Counted from the first letter of the stretch, positions 20,814-29,330 are shown. The stretch: DNA of 62,967 nt from Desulfobacteraceae bacterium (GCA_029287875.1 JARFQH010000087.1:1-62967); one strand, 5' to 3'. Notes: generated by a model from the letters alone, not told the origin. Numbers and translations: made by a program.

Positions 20814-20979
20814 ATGAAAGCTGCTGTATGGGTATGGCAGAAAAGATGTCAGGGTAGAAAATGTAACCGAACCCTCTGCACTGACAGACGACACTCTGAG
20901 GAAGTTGCCATATTGTATAAGCTGCCGTTTCTGGTGTGATGCCGTGCTTGATTTTAAACAACCAAAAAGAAAGGCTTGA
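20814..20979 (+). pseudogene. Remnant of a Zn-dependent (MDR) alcohol / 2,3-butanediol dehydrogenase gene, frameshifted and truncated
   Basis: AAGGAGA RBS plus ATG at 20814 gives MKAAVW. After a +1 shift the reading continues YGRKDVRVENVTEPSALTDDTL..YC.SC, the typical N-terminus of MDR dehydrogenases. It terminates after ~50 codons, immediately before acoX. Confidence 0.45.
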
Positions 20980-20981
20980 CG

Positions 20982-22028
20982 ATGTCACTGGTAGGCATTG
21001 TTGCCAATCCAGCCTCCGGGACGGATATTCGCAGGCTGGTTGCATACGGCAGCGTTTTTAACAACCAGGAGAAGGTTAGAATCGTACGGCGTATTCTGCT
21101 TGGCCTGGAGGCGGCAGGTGTGAAGCAGATAAGCTATATGCCAGACTACTACGGCATTGTGGAGCGAGCACTTGATGGCGTGAAAATCGGTTTGGATATT
21201 TCACCGTTGGTGTTTGACACCAAGGCGGATCAAAGGGACTCTGTGCGTGCAGCCGAGATATTGGCGCAAAAGGGCGTCGGCTGTATTGTTACCCTGGGCG
21301 GCGATGGAACCAATCGTGTGGTTGCCAAAGGCACTTGCCAAGTCCCGATTCTTCCTGTCTCAACCGGCACCAACAATGTATTTCCTTACATGATTGAAGG
21401 AACAATTGCAGGGCTGGCAGCCGGCCTGATCGCCACCGGAAAAGTCTCCCGAAAAGACGGTGCTTTTACTTCTACCCGGCTTGAAGTTTTCGTCGAAGGA
21501 CAGCTCGTCGATATCGCTATTGTCGATGCAGTGATTTGTGATGATATTTTCGTCGGCTCACGCGCGGTGTGGAAAATGGATAAAATCAGACAGGTGTTTT
21601 TAAATCGCGCCAGGCCGGCATGCATCGGTTTTTCCTCAATCGGCGGTATGATCCGTATCATCGCTCCTGAGGAGCCTTTCGGTATGCATCTGAAATTAGG
21701 AAAAAATGGACAGCCGATTACGGCGCCCATCGCCCCCGGGATAGTTGAAACCGTGTATGTTGAAAACATGAAGGTGATGGCGCCGGGTGAAGAAGTCGAT
21801 ATCATCTTCAAGCCTTCTGTGGTCGCTCTGGATGGCGAACGGGAAGTGGAAATCAAAAGGGATCAGAAGGCGACCATCCGTCTTTCGGCCTCCGGTCCTT
21901 TGGTTGTGGATGTTGAGCGGACCATGGCATTTGCAATGAAAAGAAAAGTTTTTGCCCCTGAGTTCAGCAGTAGTTCAGAAACATCCCAAAAGGAAAAATA
22001 TAGATTAAAAAACAACGAGCCCAACTGA
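20982..22028 (+). CDS. acoX: ATP-NAD kinase-like protein (AcoX-type acetoin catabolism protein)
   Basis: Track ORF 20976..22028, with the ATG at 20982 (MSLVGIVANPASG). It has the NAD-kinase/DAG-kinase GGDGT motif (IVTLGGDGTNRVV) and follows the E1 genes as acoX does in aco clusters. Confidence 0.7.
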   Translation: MSLVGIVANPASGTDIRRLVAYGSVFNNQEKVRIVRRILLGLEAAGVKQISYMPDYYGIVERALDGVKIGLDISPLVFDTKADQRDSVRAAEILAQKGVGCIVTLGGDGTNRVVAKGTCQVPILPVSTGTNNVFPYMIEGTIAGLAAGLIATGKVSRKDGAFTSTRLEVFVEGQLVDIAIVDAVICDDIFVGSRAVWKMDKIRQVFLNRARPACIGFSSIGGMIRIIAPEEPFGMHLKLGKNGQPITAPIAPGIVETVYVENMKVMAPGEEVDIIFKPSVVALDGEREVEIKRDQKATIRLSASGPLVVDVERTMAFAMKRKVFAPEFSSSSETSQKEKYRLKNNEPN

Positions 22029-22279
22029 AAGAATGTTAGAAAAGAATCTGCGTCAGATGTCGCTTCGCACAGGCGATTATAGCGAAAAGACATCTTTCTT
22101 TATATAGAAATCCTGCCGTTACACACCATATGAGAGCCGGCGCATATTGGCGAAGAGATTGGCGCCGAACCGCGGATGTTTCCCGAATAGCTTTCATGAG
22201 CTATCGTTCTCAACAAAACATGACCTCATATCAAGTATTAATGGTGAAATTTTTGACCAATCCCCCGCGAAATTTGTAT

Positions 22280-23545
22280 ATGAAAGTATTCATTGTTCAG
22301 ATCGTCATTCTTCTCATTCTAATCGGAAGCTCACCGATGGCTGCAGCACAAAACGATGCAGGTGAAGGCTACACCAATTCCCAATGCGCGGAGTGCCATG
22401 AAGAAATGGCGGATGATCATGCGGCGTCGGTCCACAAAGACGTTCAGTGCCTGGAATGTCACGTTCAGGCGGTTGAGGAAAACCATGAAGCGCTGGCGGC
22501 TGTCAATTGTCGTCAATGCCATGCGCCACACGATGAAAAGGTCATTCACGACGCCCACACACGGGTCGCTTGCAAAGCATGCCATCAGAAAGACGGCATC
22601 CCGGTCGCAGAACCTGAAACAGGGTTGGTGATCTTCAGCGGTAACATACTGTCGGGACGAAAATTGTCGCCACATCAAATGGTTGCAGAAAGGGGGGATT
22701 CTCTCTGCCAAAAATGTCATTTTAAGGGCAACGCCTTGGGCGCATCATCCATGATACTGCCCCCTAAAGGCATCCTGTGCATGCCTTGTCATGCCGCCAC
22801 GTTTTCCATCGGGGATCGAACAACCTTTTTGTCCTTGTTGATTTTTGGTGTGGGTATGAGCGGCATGTGCGTCGTCTGGTTCTCGGGAGGCCGCATTAGA
22901 CAAAGTGCGCATGCGCTTCAAGGCGGCTTATCACCGTTGATGGTTGCGATGGTCGCAGATGTGCTTTTCCTTAGACGGCTATTTCGTTTGTCCCCGTGCC
23001 GGTGGCTCATCCATGCGCTGATCTTTTATCCGATTCTCATACGATTCGCATTCGGGGCGTTGACGCTCAGTCTGTCACTGATTGTGCCGGACACGGATCT
23101 GGCCAGAGCCATGCTGGATAAAAACAATCCGTTGCAGGGAATGCTGTTCGACTTGACCGGCCTGATGATTTTCACCGGTGTGGCGGCGGTGCTCTTTCGC
23201 CCCAAAGAAGGCCTACAAACGATCGCCAATCTGCCTAAGCCCGGCCGTACCATGACGGTGCTGCTTGGGCTCATCGTCTTGGTCGGGTTTATCTTGGAAA
23301 GCCTGCGGATTGCCATGACCGGGTGGCCCAGCGGTGCTCAGTATGCCTTTATCGGGTACGGTTTGAGCTTACTGCTGAAAAGCGTGCCAGAAATAACGAC
23401 CATTTACGGCTATGTATGGTATGTTCATACGATTTTGACAGGTGTTTTTATAGCGCTGATCCCTTTTACCCGCATGCTTCATATAATCACTTCGCCGGTG
23501 GTGCTGATGGCCGATGTGCGATCACGAATTCAAGCCAATAACTGA
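22280..23545 (+). CDS. Fusion protein: periplasmic hexahaem cytochrome c plus NarI/DsrM/TmcC-like integral membrane (cytochrome b-type) domain
   Basis: Track ORF 22130..23545 trimmed to the ATG at 22280 (MKVFIVQIVILLILIGSSPMAAAQ is a signal peptide). It has six CXXCH motifs (CAECH, CLECH, CRQCH, CKACH, CQKCH, CMPCH). About 6-7 hydrophobic helices follow, ending in a NarI-family-like PFTRMLHIITSP. Confidence 0.8.
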   Translation: MKVFIVQIVILLILIGSSPMAAAQNDAGEGYTNSQCAECHEEMADDHAASVHKDVQCLECHVQAVEENHEALAAVNCRQCHAPHDEKVIHDAHTRVACKACHQKDGIPVAEPETGLVIFSGNILSGRKLSPHQMVAERGDSLCQKCHFKGNALGASSMILPPKGILCMPCHAATFSIGDRTTFLSLLIFGVGMSGMCVVWFSGGRIRQSAHALQGGLSPLMVAMVADVLFLRRLFRLSPCRWLIHALIFYPILIRFAFGALTLSLSLIVPDTDLARAMLDKNNPLQGMLFDLTGLMIFTGVAAVLFRPKEGLQTIANLPKPGRTMTVLLGLIVLVGFILESLRIAMTGWPSGAQYAFIGYGLSLLLKSVPEITTIYGYVWYVHTILTGVFIALIPFTRMLHIITSPVVLMADVRSRIQANN

Positions 23546-23562
23546 CACGGAGGAAAGATTAC

Positions 23563-23985
23563 ATGGAAATTCAAGGATACAACCTGCCCGAAGATCTGCA
23601 CTATGAAAAAAACCATTACTGGGTGAAAGTCGAGGGCGACATACTAGTGATGGGGATGGACGACTTTGCCCAGCAAATGGCCGGAGATATTGTTTTTGTT
23701 CAGATCCCCTTTTCCGGGAAAAAGCTGAAGGCCGGTAAAAAATTCGCCCAGGTGGAATCGGGCAAATGGTTGGGGAAGGTCTATGCGCCGGTCAATGGCG
23801 AACTGATTGAGGGAAATGAAGCGCTCGAGGCGGAGCCCTCACTCATTAACCGGGATTGCTATGGCAAGGGGTGGATGTTCAAGATAAAGCCTTCAGACAT
23901 GGCCGAACTGAACAACCTGATCCATGACCCTGCGGACATCGAAAAATGGCTTCTGGAAGATATTGAAAAATACAAGCAGGATTAA
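23563..23985 (+). CDS. GcvH-fold lipoyl-carrier protein (LbpA-like; not linked to gcvT/gcvP)
   Basis: 140 aa. H-protein pattern (HYWVKVEGD..., FAQVESGKWLGKVYAPVNGELIEGNEAL, GKGWMFKIK). The lysine in VESGK sits at the lipoyl-lysine position. Confidence 0.85.
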   Translation: MEIQGYNLPEDLHYEKNHYWVKVEGDILVMGMDDFAQQMAGDIVFVQIPFSGKKLKAGKKFAQVESGKWLGKVYAPVNGELIEGNEALEAEPSLINRDCYGKGWMFKIKPSDMAELNNLIHDPADIEKWLLEDIEKYKQD

Positions 23986-23986
23986 C

Positions 23987-25195
23987 ATGGTGAATCGGAA
24001 CTACAGCCTCGGCCAGCTTTTTCAGATAAAGTCGTGTACGAACTGTCAGACTTGCGCTCAAGTGTGCCCGGCGGTTGCAGGCAGCCTTGATGGAAAGCTG
24101 TCGGCCATTTACCGCATCACGACACTTGACCGTATCGTTAAGGCGCGAACGGCATTTTGGCGTAAACTTTTCCGTATCAAAGAACCTACGGCAGAAGAAT
24201 TGCGCGCTTTCAGCGATACGGTTTTCCGCTGCACTTTATGCGGGAACTGCCGTCAGGTTTGTCCGGTGGGGATAGACCTGACGCAACTCTGGCATTCCGC
24301 TCGCAGGGACCTTGTGGACTCTGATGCATATCCCGAAAAAATTGACATAATCCGGGAAAATTTGGATGAAAGCCACAACGTATTTGGAGAGGACAACGAA
24401 GACCGGGCCGAATGGGTGGAAGATATTCCCGATGCTCCGGAACACGGCTATATAAAGGACCGGGCAGACCTGATCTATTTTACCGGTTGCGTATCATCCT
24501 TTTTCCCGATGGCCCAGCAGATTCCCATGGCTCTGGTAAAAATCTTCGATGCGGCCCGGATCGATTTTACCCTGCTGGGCGAAGATGAGTGGTGCTGCGG
24601 CTTTCCCCTGCTCGGTGCCGGGCTCGGCGGCCGACTCGATGGTTTGATTTCAAACAACATCAATGCCGTAAGGGCCAAAGGGGCAACACAGGTGGTATTT
24701 GCCTGCCCTTCTTGTTATCGGATGTGGCAGGAGCATTACCCGTGTGAATTTGAGGTCACTCATGTCACCGAGTTTTTAAGCCGGCTGATCAAATCGGGCC
24801 GCCTTTTGCTTAAAGAACTCGATTTGACGGTGACCTACCATGATCCTTGCGATCTTGGGAGAGGCTCTGGAGAGTACGACGCCCCACGGGATATCATACA
24901 ATCCATTCCAGGAGTGCGATTCGTGGAAATGTCTAACAATCGTGAGCGCTGTAGTTGCTGCGGCGGGGGCGGCAACTTGGAGATGATCGACTCCAAACTG
25001 TCCGCAGATATTGCCGCCAATAAGATGAAAGAAGTAAAAGCAACCGGCGCACAGGTTGTGGTGACTGCTTGCCAGCAGTGCGTGCGCACCATGACCACTT
25101 ATGCCAAAAGGAACAAAATTCCCATCGAAGTCATGGATATCACCCAACTCATACACAAGGCGCTTGCCGGTAAAGATCGCCCGGATAGCGACTAA
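23987..25195 (+). CDS. HdrD/DsrK/TmcB/GlpC-like iron-sulfur protein with two CCG domains
   Basis: Track ORF 23924..25195 trimmed to the ATG at 23987, 1 nt after the gcvH-like stop. It has two ferredoxin motifs (CTNCQTCAQVCP, CTLCGNCRQVCP) and two cysteine-rich CCG modules (FTGCVSSFF...EWCCGFPL; ACPSCYRMW...HDPCDLGRG...CSCCGGGG). There is no signal peptide. Confidence 0.85.
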   Translation: MVNRNYSLGQLFQIKSCTNCQTCAQVCPAVAGSLDGKLSAIYRITTLDRIVKARTAFWRKLFRIKEPTAEELRAFSDTVFRCTLCGNCRQVCPVGIDLTQLWHSARRDLVDSDAYPEKIDIIRENLDESHNVFGEDNEDRAEWVEDIPDAPEHGYIKDRADLIYFTGCVSSFFPMAQQIPMALVKIFDAARIDFTLLGEDEWCCGFPLLGAGLGGRLDGLISNNINAVRAKGATQVVFACPSCYRMWQEHYPCEFEVTHVTEFLSRLIKSGRLLLKELDLTVTYHDPCDLGRGSGEYDAPRDIIQSIPGVRFVEMSNNRERCSCCGGGGNLEMIDSKLSADIAANKMKEVKATGAQVVVTACQQCVRTMTTYAKRNKIPIEVMDITQLIHKALAGKDRPDSD

Positions 25196-25244
25196 GTTGA
25201 TTTTGAATTAAAACGTCTGAGATCGCTTTTAAAAAGGAAGACCG

Positions 25245-25679
25245 ATGGGAGAGTATTACACGACCGTTCGATTGACAGATAAAGGCGCCGATGTCCGCCT
25301 GGGGCAGGTAAACTTTATAGTATCCCGCCGTGATGGCATCGGAACCGGCCATGGTTGTCCAATGGCGTATATGGCCGGCGCACTGGGCAGCTGAGTCGTG
25401 CTGACCCTGTCTGCGGTCGCAGATCACAAGAAGATCACCATGGAAAAACTTGAAGTGCAGGTGGGTTGCATAACCGAAAATGGCATTTCTCCATCAACAC
25501 GCTTTAAGATCAGAATCGATGTCGGCGACGGCTTGACTCAAAGAGAGCGGGCAATTCTTTTTAACTCTGCCCGCAACTGTGAAGTGGGCAAAATCATAGA
25601 CGGGAAAGTTGATATCGATTATTCTTTAAATTCCATCGCATACTTGCAACCATACTGCGAAGATATTAACGATGAATAA
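25245..25679 (+). CDS. OsmC/Ohr-fold peroxiredoxin-like protein with in-frame TGA (candidate selenocysteine) at codon 50
   Basis: AAGGAAG RBS plus ATG at 25245 opens 49 codons (…GHGCPMAYMAGALGS). A TGA follows at 25392-25394. The same frame continues as track ORF 25398..25679 (VVLTLSAVADHKKI...NSARNCEVGKI). The joined product is 144 aa, OsmC size. The TGA falls exactly where OsmC proteins carry the first conserved Cys (..aaLgsC..), and the second conserved Cys is present (ARNCEV). Confidence 0.65.
25410..25423 (+). promoter_or_regulatory. Short SECIS-like hairpin downstream of the in-frame TGA
   Basis: UCUGC-GGUC-GCAGA forms a 5-bp stem, plus a flanking G.U pair, with a GGUC apical loop. The loop starts 21 nt after the UGA. 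The loop sequence and spacing resemble bacterial SECIS apices such as E. coli fdhF, but the stem is short. Confidence 0.4.
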
Positions 25680-25709
25680 GATAGTCCAACTCAATTACTG
25701 AAGTATGCT

Positions 25710-27302
25710 ATGCAAACCTGGAGACTATTAGACACACCGCCCATGACAGCGGCAGAAAACATGGCCATGGACGAAACCCTGCTGGAACTTAAAGGCAAAG
25801 GGAAAAGCCTCAACACCATCCGTTTCCTGCAGTTTTCGCCAAGGGCTGTTTTGGTGGGCTTTCACCAGGCCATTGACGAGGAGATACGCACCGATTATTG
25901 CAGGGCGAACCGGATTGATGTGAACCGTCGCATTACTGGTGGCGGGGCCATCTTTTTCGATGAGAACCAGTTGGGCTGGGAAGTATTCTGTAACAAGTCC
26001 TTTTTTAATACTGCCATCCCCAACGTACATCTCTTCAAAGCCCTGTGTGATCCGGTGGTCACGGCCCTTGCGCTGTTGAACATCAACGCCGAGTTCAGGC
26101 CGCGCAACGACATTGAGGTCAACGGCCGCAAGATTTCGGGCACCGGCGGTACTGAGGCAGACGACGCCTTTATGTTTCAGGGCACCATGCTGGTTGATTT
26201 CGATGTAAACACCATGTTAAGGGCGCTGCGGATTCCGGTGGAAAAGCTCAAGGCCAAGGAGATCAACTCGGTCAAGGATCGTGTCACCTGCCTGAAATGG
26301 GAACTGGGTGATGCCCCGGCCCTTGCGAGCATCAAACAGGCCATCAAGCTCGGATTTGAAAAATGTCTGGATATAAAACTTGAACTGGGAGGATTAACCA
26401 CCCAGGAACAAAAGCGGTTCGAGGAGAAACTGACCCATTTTCGGTCTGCCCGGTGGGTCGACACCGTCAAACCGCGTTTTCAGAAGCGTGAGGCGGTGCA
26501 CGCGTCCTACAAGGCGCCAACGGGCATGGTGCGCTTTACCCTGGTGGTCAACCTGCCTCAAAAGCGTTTGAAAGATATCTATATCACCGGCGATTTTCTC
26601 TCCTTTCCAGGCCGGGCCCTTTACGACCTGGAAGCCGAACTGAGGGGCGCACCCCTTGACCGCGACCATCTGCATGGGATCATCCGCAACTATTTTAACC
26701 AGGGGCGCATCATCATTCCGGGATTGTCCCTCGAAGATTTTGTCAAACCCCTGGATCAGTGTCTTGAGAAGGTTGAAATTTCAAACTACGGCATCCCTTT
26801 GGCGCATTGCAACCTGATCTCCGTTGCCAACGGGTCGTTTGAAGAGGTGATTCGCCGGCGGCCGTCGGTTCTGTTGCTGCCGTATTGCGCCAAACTCACC
26901 GGATGTGATTTAAGATATGAAAAAGGGTGTAAGGTTTGCGGAGAAGCCGGCTGCTCCATCGGACCGGCCTGGGCCATGGGCCGGAGCAAGAAAATGGAAG
27001 TCATCAGCATTATCAGTTTCGAAGACCTTTGGGATGAATTGATGCGGATGAAAGCGACCGGGGTTTCGGCATACATCGGTTGCTGTTGTCAGCCTTTTTT
27101 TTCTAAGCACGTGGATGAGTTCAAAAGATCCGGGTTGCCGGGGATCCTGCTGGATATCGACAATACCACCTGCTATGAGCTGGATCAGGCAAAACAGGCG
27201 TATGCCGGACAGTTCGAAAGCCAGACCAACTTGGATCTGGAACTATTGGAAACGGTACTTCAAACAATTGTAAATGCGCGCGGCAGCAGTGTGACGGCAT
27301 GA
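25710..27302 (+). CDS. Lipoate-protein ligase (LplA catalytic plus accessory domain) fused to a C-terminal Cys-rich DUF116-like domain
   Basis: 530 aa. LplA motifs (NRRITGGGAIFFD, VNGRKISGTGG) and an LplA C-terminal/LplB-like region (YITGDFLSFPGRALYDLE). The last ~155 aa are cysteine-rich (LLLPYCAKLTGCDLRYEKGCKVCGEAGCSIG...IGCCCQPFF), matching my recollection of DUF116. Confidence 0.8.
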   Translation: MQTWRLLDTPPMTAAENMAMDETLLELKGKGKSLNTIRFLQFSPRAVLVGFHQAIDEEIRTDYCRANRIDVNRRITGGGAIFFDENQLGWEVFCNKSFFNTAIPNVHLFKALCDPVVTALALLNINAEFRPRNDIEVNGRKISGTGGTEADDAFMFQGTMLVDFDVNTMLRALRIPVEKLKAKEINSVKDRVTCLKWELGDAPALASIKQAIKLGFEKCLDIKLELGGLTTQEQKRFEEKLTHFRSARWVDTVKPRFQKREAVHASYKAPTGMVRFTLVVNLPQKRLKDIYITGDFLSFPGRALYDLEAELRGAPLDRDHLHGIIRNYFNQGRIIIPGLSLEDFVKPLDQCLEKVEISNYGIPLAHCNLISVANGSFEEVIRRRPSVLLLPYCAKLTGCDLRYEKGCKVCGEAGCSIGPAWAMGRSKKMEVISIISFEDLWDELMRMKATGVSAYIGCCCQPFFSKHVDEFKRSGLPGILLDIDNTTCYELDQAKQAYAGQFESQTNLDLELLETVLQTIVNARGSSVTA

Positions 27303-28363
27303 AGAGAATGGTATCGTGCGACATCCTGGTTGTGGGGGCCGGACCCGCCGGCGGAGCCACGGCATTGGCAGCCACCAGTAGGGGTATGCGGGTGTTGCTT
27401 GTTGATCGCAGGCAGGTTGTTGGGGTGCCTGTCCAATGTGCCGAATACATTCCGGCCATGCTGATGGGCCATCTGGATCTTGACAATTCTTTCATCGTTC
27501 AGCAGATCCGGGGAATGAGGACCTACCTTCCGGATGAACCGGTGACGAAAACACGCGCTCCTGGGTTTACTATCGACAGAGAACTTTTCGATCAGGCCTT
27601 GATCCAAGCGGCTTCAGATGTCGGTGCCAAACTGATGCTCTCCACACGGGCAGTTCAACGGATTGATGATGAAACCATACTGCTCAAACGAAAAAGCGGA
27701 CAGTATCTTACTGTTGGCGCAAAAATAATTGTGGGCGCCGACGGTCCCCGCTCAACGGTCGGTCGCTGGGTGGGGGCCGTCAACCACAACCTGCTGCCGG
27801 GCGTACAGGCCACGCTGCCGCTGACGGAACCAATGGATTGGACCGAAGTTTACTTTGACCCGGAAATTTCTGCTGGCTACGGATGGCTGTTTCCGAAGAA
27901 CCATATAGCCAACGTCGGAATCGGACTAAAGAATATGCCTCGGAGTCAAACCAAAATCGGAGTTGTACTGAATCGATTCATTGCCCGGCTCCGGGCCGCA
28001 GGCAAAGTGACGGGAAATCCGGTGAGGTATGCCGCCGGCTGGATACCCGCGGAACCGGTGCGGCAAGCGGTTCACGGTAACGTGGCGCTGGTTGGCGATG
28101 CCGCCGGCCATACCCATCCCATCACAGGCGCAGGGATATCTAACGCGGTCCTTTGCGGGAAAATGGCGGGTACATGGGCTGCCCGGGCCGTCGAAGAAGG
28201 CGATATGAGTGTGCTTAAACATTATGACCACCAGTGGCAGGATCTTTTCAAAAACACCCTTGACCGTGCCCACAAGCGCCGCCAAACGATGGAATCCGAT
28301 TGGCGAGATTTTTCGCGCACGGTCAAGATGTGTTGGATTGGATTTCGCGAATATTATGCCTAG
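27299..28363 (+). CDS. Geranylgeranyl-reductase-family FAD-dependent oxidoreductase
   Basis: 354 aa. The start overlaps the ligase stop (ATGA). Dinucleotide fold CDILVVGAGPAGGATALAA plus GGR-like VQCAEYIP and GDAAGHTHPITGAGI. Confidence 0.8.
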   Translation: MKRMVSCDILVVGAGPAGGATALAATSRGMRVLLVDRRQVVGVPVQCAEYIPAMLMGHLDLDNSFIVQQIRGMRTYLPDEPVTKTRAPGFTIDRELFDQALIQAASDVGAKLMLSTRAVQRIDDETILLKRKSGQYLTVGAKIIVGADGPRSTVGRWVGAVNHNLLPGVQATLPLTEPMDWTEVYFDPEISAGYGWLFPKNHIANVGIGLKNMPRSQTKIGVVLNRFIARLRAAGKVTGNPVRYAAGWIPAEPVRQAVHGNVALVGDAAGHTHPITGAGISNAVLCGKMAGTWAARAVEEGDMSVLKHYDHQWQDLFKNTLDRAHKRRQTMESDWRDFSRTVKMCWIGFREYYA

Positions 28364-29330
28364 CGTCTCAGCGCTTGCCGATCGATTGCAAGCAGCCCGA
28401 GAACTTTCCTGGCGGCACCTCGGTAAAACCATTGTTTTTTATCTGCCGGGCATGATCAGGCTTGACAGGACCAATGGAAAATATCCGGCACTCTCGATAA
28501 CTGGCGGCGATTGCATCCTTGGGTGCGATCATTGCCAAGGGACGATTCTGAACGGTATGATGCATGTTAAATCCCCTGGCCAACTGGTGTCCCGATGCCG
28601 CCGGTTGGCCGAAAAAGGGCATCACGGCGTGTTGATCAGCGGTGGTTGCAATGCCGGGGGGCAGTTACCGTGGGATCGCTTCATACCGGCGATTCAAGAG
28701 ATCAAAGCCGAAACGGACTTGTTCATCTCAATACACAGCGGTCTGGTCAATGATCCGGACGCCTTCAGGCTGAAACAGGCAGGCGTGGACCAGGCTTTGA
28801 TCGATGTCATCGGCGATGACGAAACGTTTAAAACCGTCTGTCATGTCCCCTTTGGGGTGAATCGTATTGAAGCGGCGATGGCTTCCTTGCATCGGGCCAG
28901 AATTCCAATTGTACCTCATATTGTGTGTGGTGTTCGTTACGGCAAGACACGAGGGGAAAAAAATGCGGTTGCCATGATTTCTCGATTCAAGTTGCAGCAG
29001 GTGGTAATCGTTTCTCTGATGCCCATTCCGGGTACACGGATGGAGAAAGCCCGGCCCCCTGCGCCGGAGACGGTAGCAGATATCATTGCCGAAGTGCGTT
29101 TTGCGATGCCGCATACGCCCATCAGTTTAGGTTGCGCCCGTCAGAGAGGCAACAGCCGCATGGAGGTGATGGCCATCGAAGCCGGGGTCAACCGCCTGGC
29201 CCTGCCCTCCGAAAAGGCCGTGGAAAAGGCCGTGGCTTACGGACTAAGTATTCGGTATCAAAAAACGTGCTGCAGCGTTTCCCGGGACCTTTCAACCCCC
29301 AGCTGGGACGCCCAATTTAGTAGTGAATAA
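28356..29330 (+). CDS. Radical SAM protein, LipS1/LipS2-type (two-component lipoyl synthase family)
   Basis: Track ORF 28209..29330 trimmed to the ATG at 28356, an 8-nt overlap with the upstream stop. It has a CX3CX2C motif (CILGCDHC). It is co-encoded with the LplA-type ligase, the GGR-like protein and a second radical SAM gene, as in LbpA maturation clusters. Confidence 0.7.
   Translation: MPSVSALADRLQAARELSWRHLGKTIVFYLPGMIRLDRTNGKYPALSITGGDCILGCDHCQGTILNGMMHVKSPGQLVSRCRRLAEKGHHGVLISGGCNAGGQLPWDRFIPAIQEIKAETDLFISIHSGLVNDPDAFRLKQAGVDQALIDVIGDDETFKTVCHVPFGVNRIEAAMASLHRARIPIVPHIVCGVRYGKTRGEKNAVAMISRFKLQQVVIVSLMPIPGTRMEKARPPAPETVADIIAEVRFAMPHTPISLGCARQRGNSRMEVMAIEAGVNRLALPSEKAVEKAVAYGLSIRYQKTCCSVSRDLSTPSWDAQFSSE

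Noticed and set aside
23563-23985. Reading the GcvH-like gene as part of a glycine cleavage system
   Set aside because: The window contains no gcvT, gcvP or gcvR. Its neighbours are redox proteins and a dedicated LplA/LipS lipoylation set, the LbpA-type context.
23987-25195. Possibility that the CCG iron-sulfur protein is simply the missing GlpC of the glpAB system
   Set aside because: The domain architecture is indeed GlpC/HdrD-like. However, the gene lies ~15 kb away on the other side of several operons. It is translationally linked (1-nt gap) to the GcvH-like gene and the membrane cytochrome, and it lacks the glp operator motif upstream. I cannot exclude moonlighting, but operon context argues against it.
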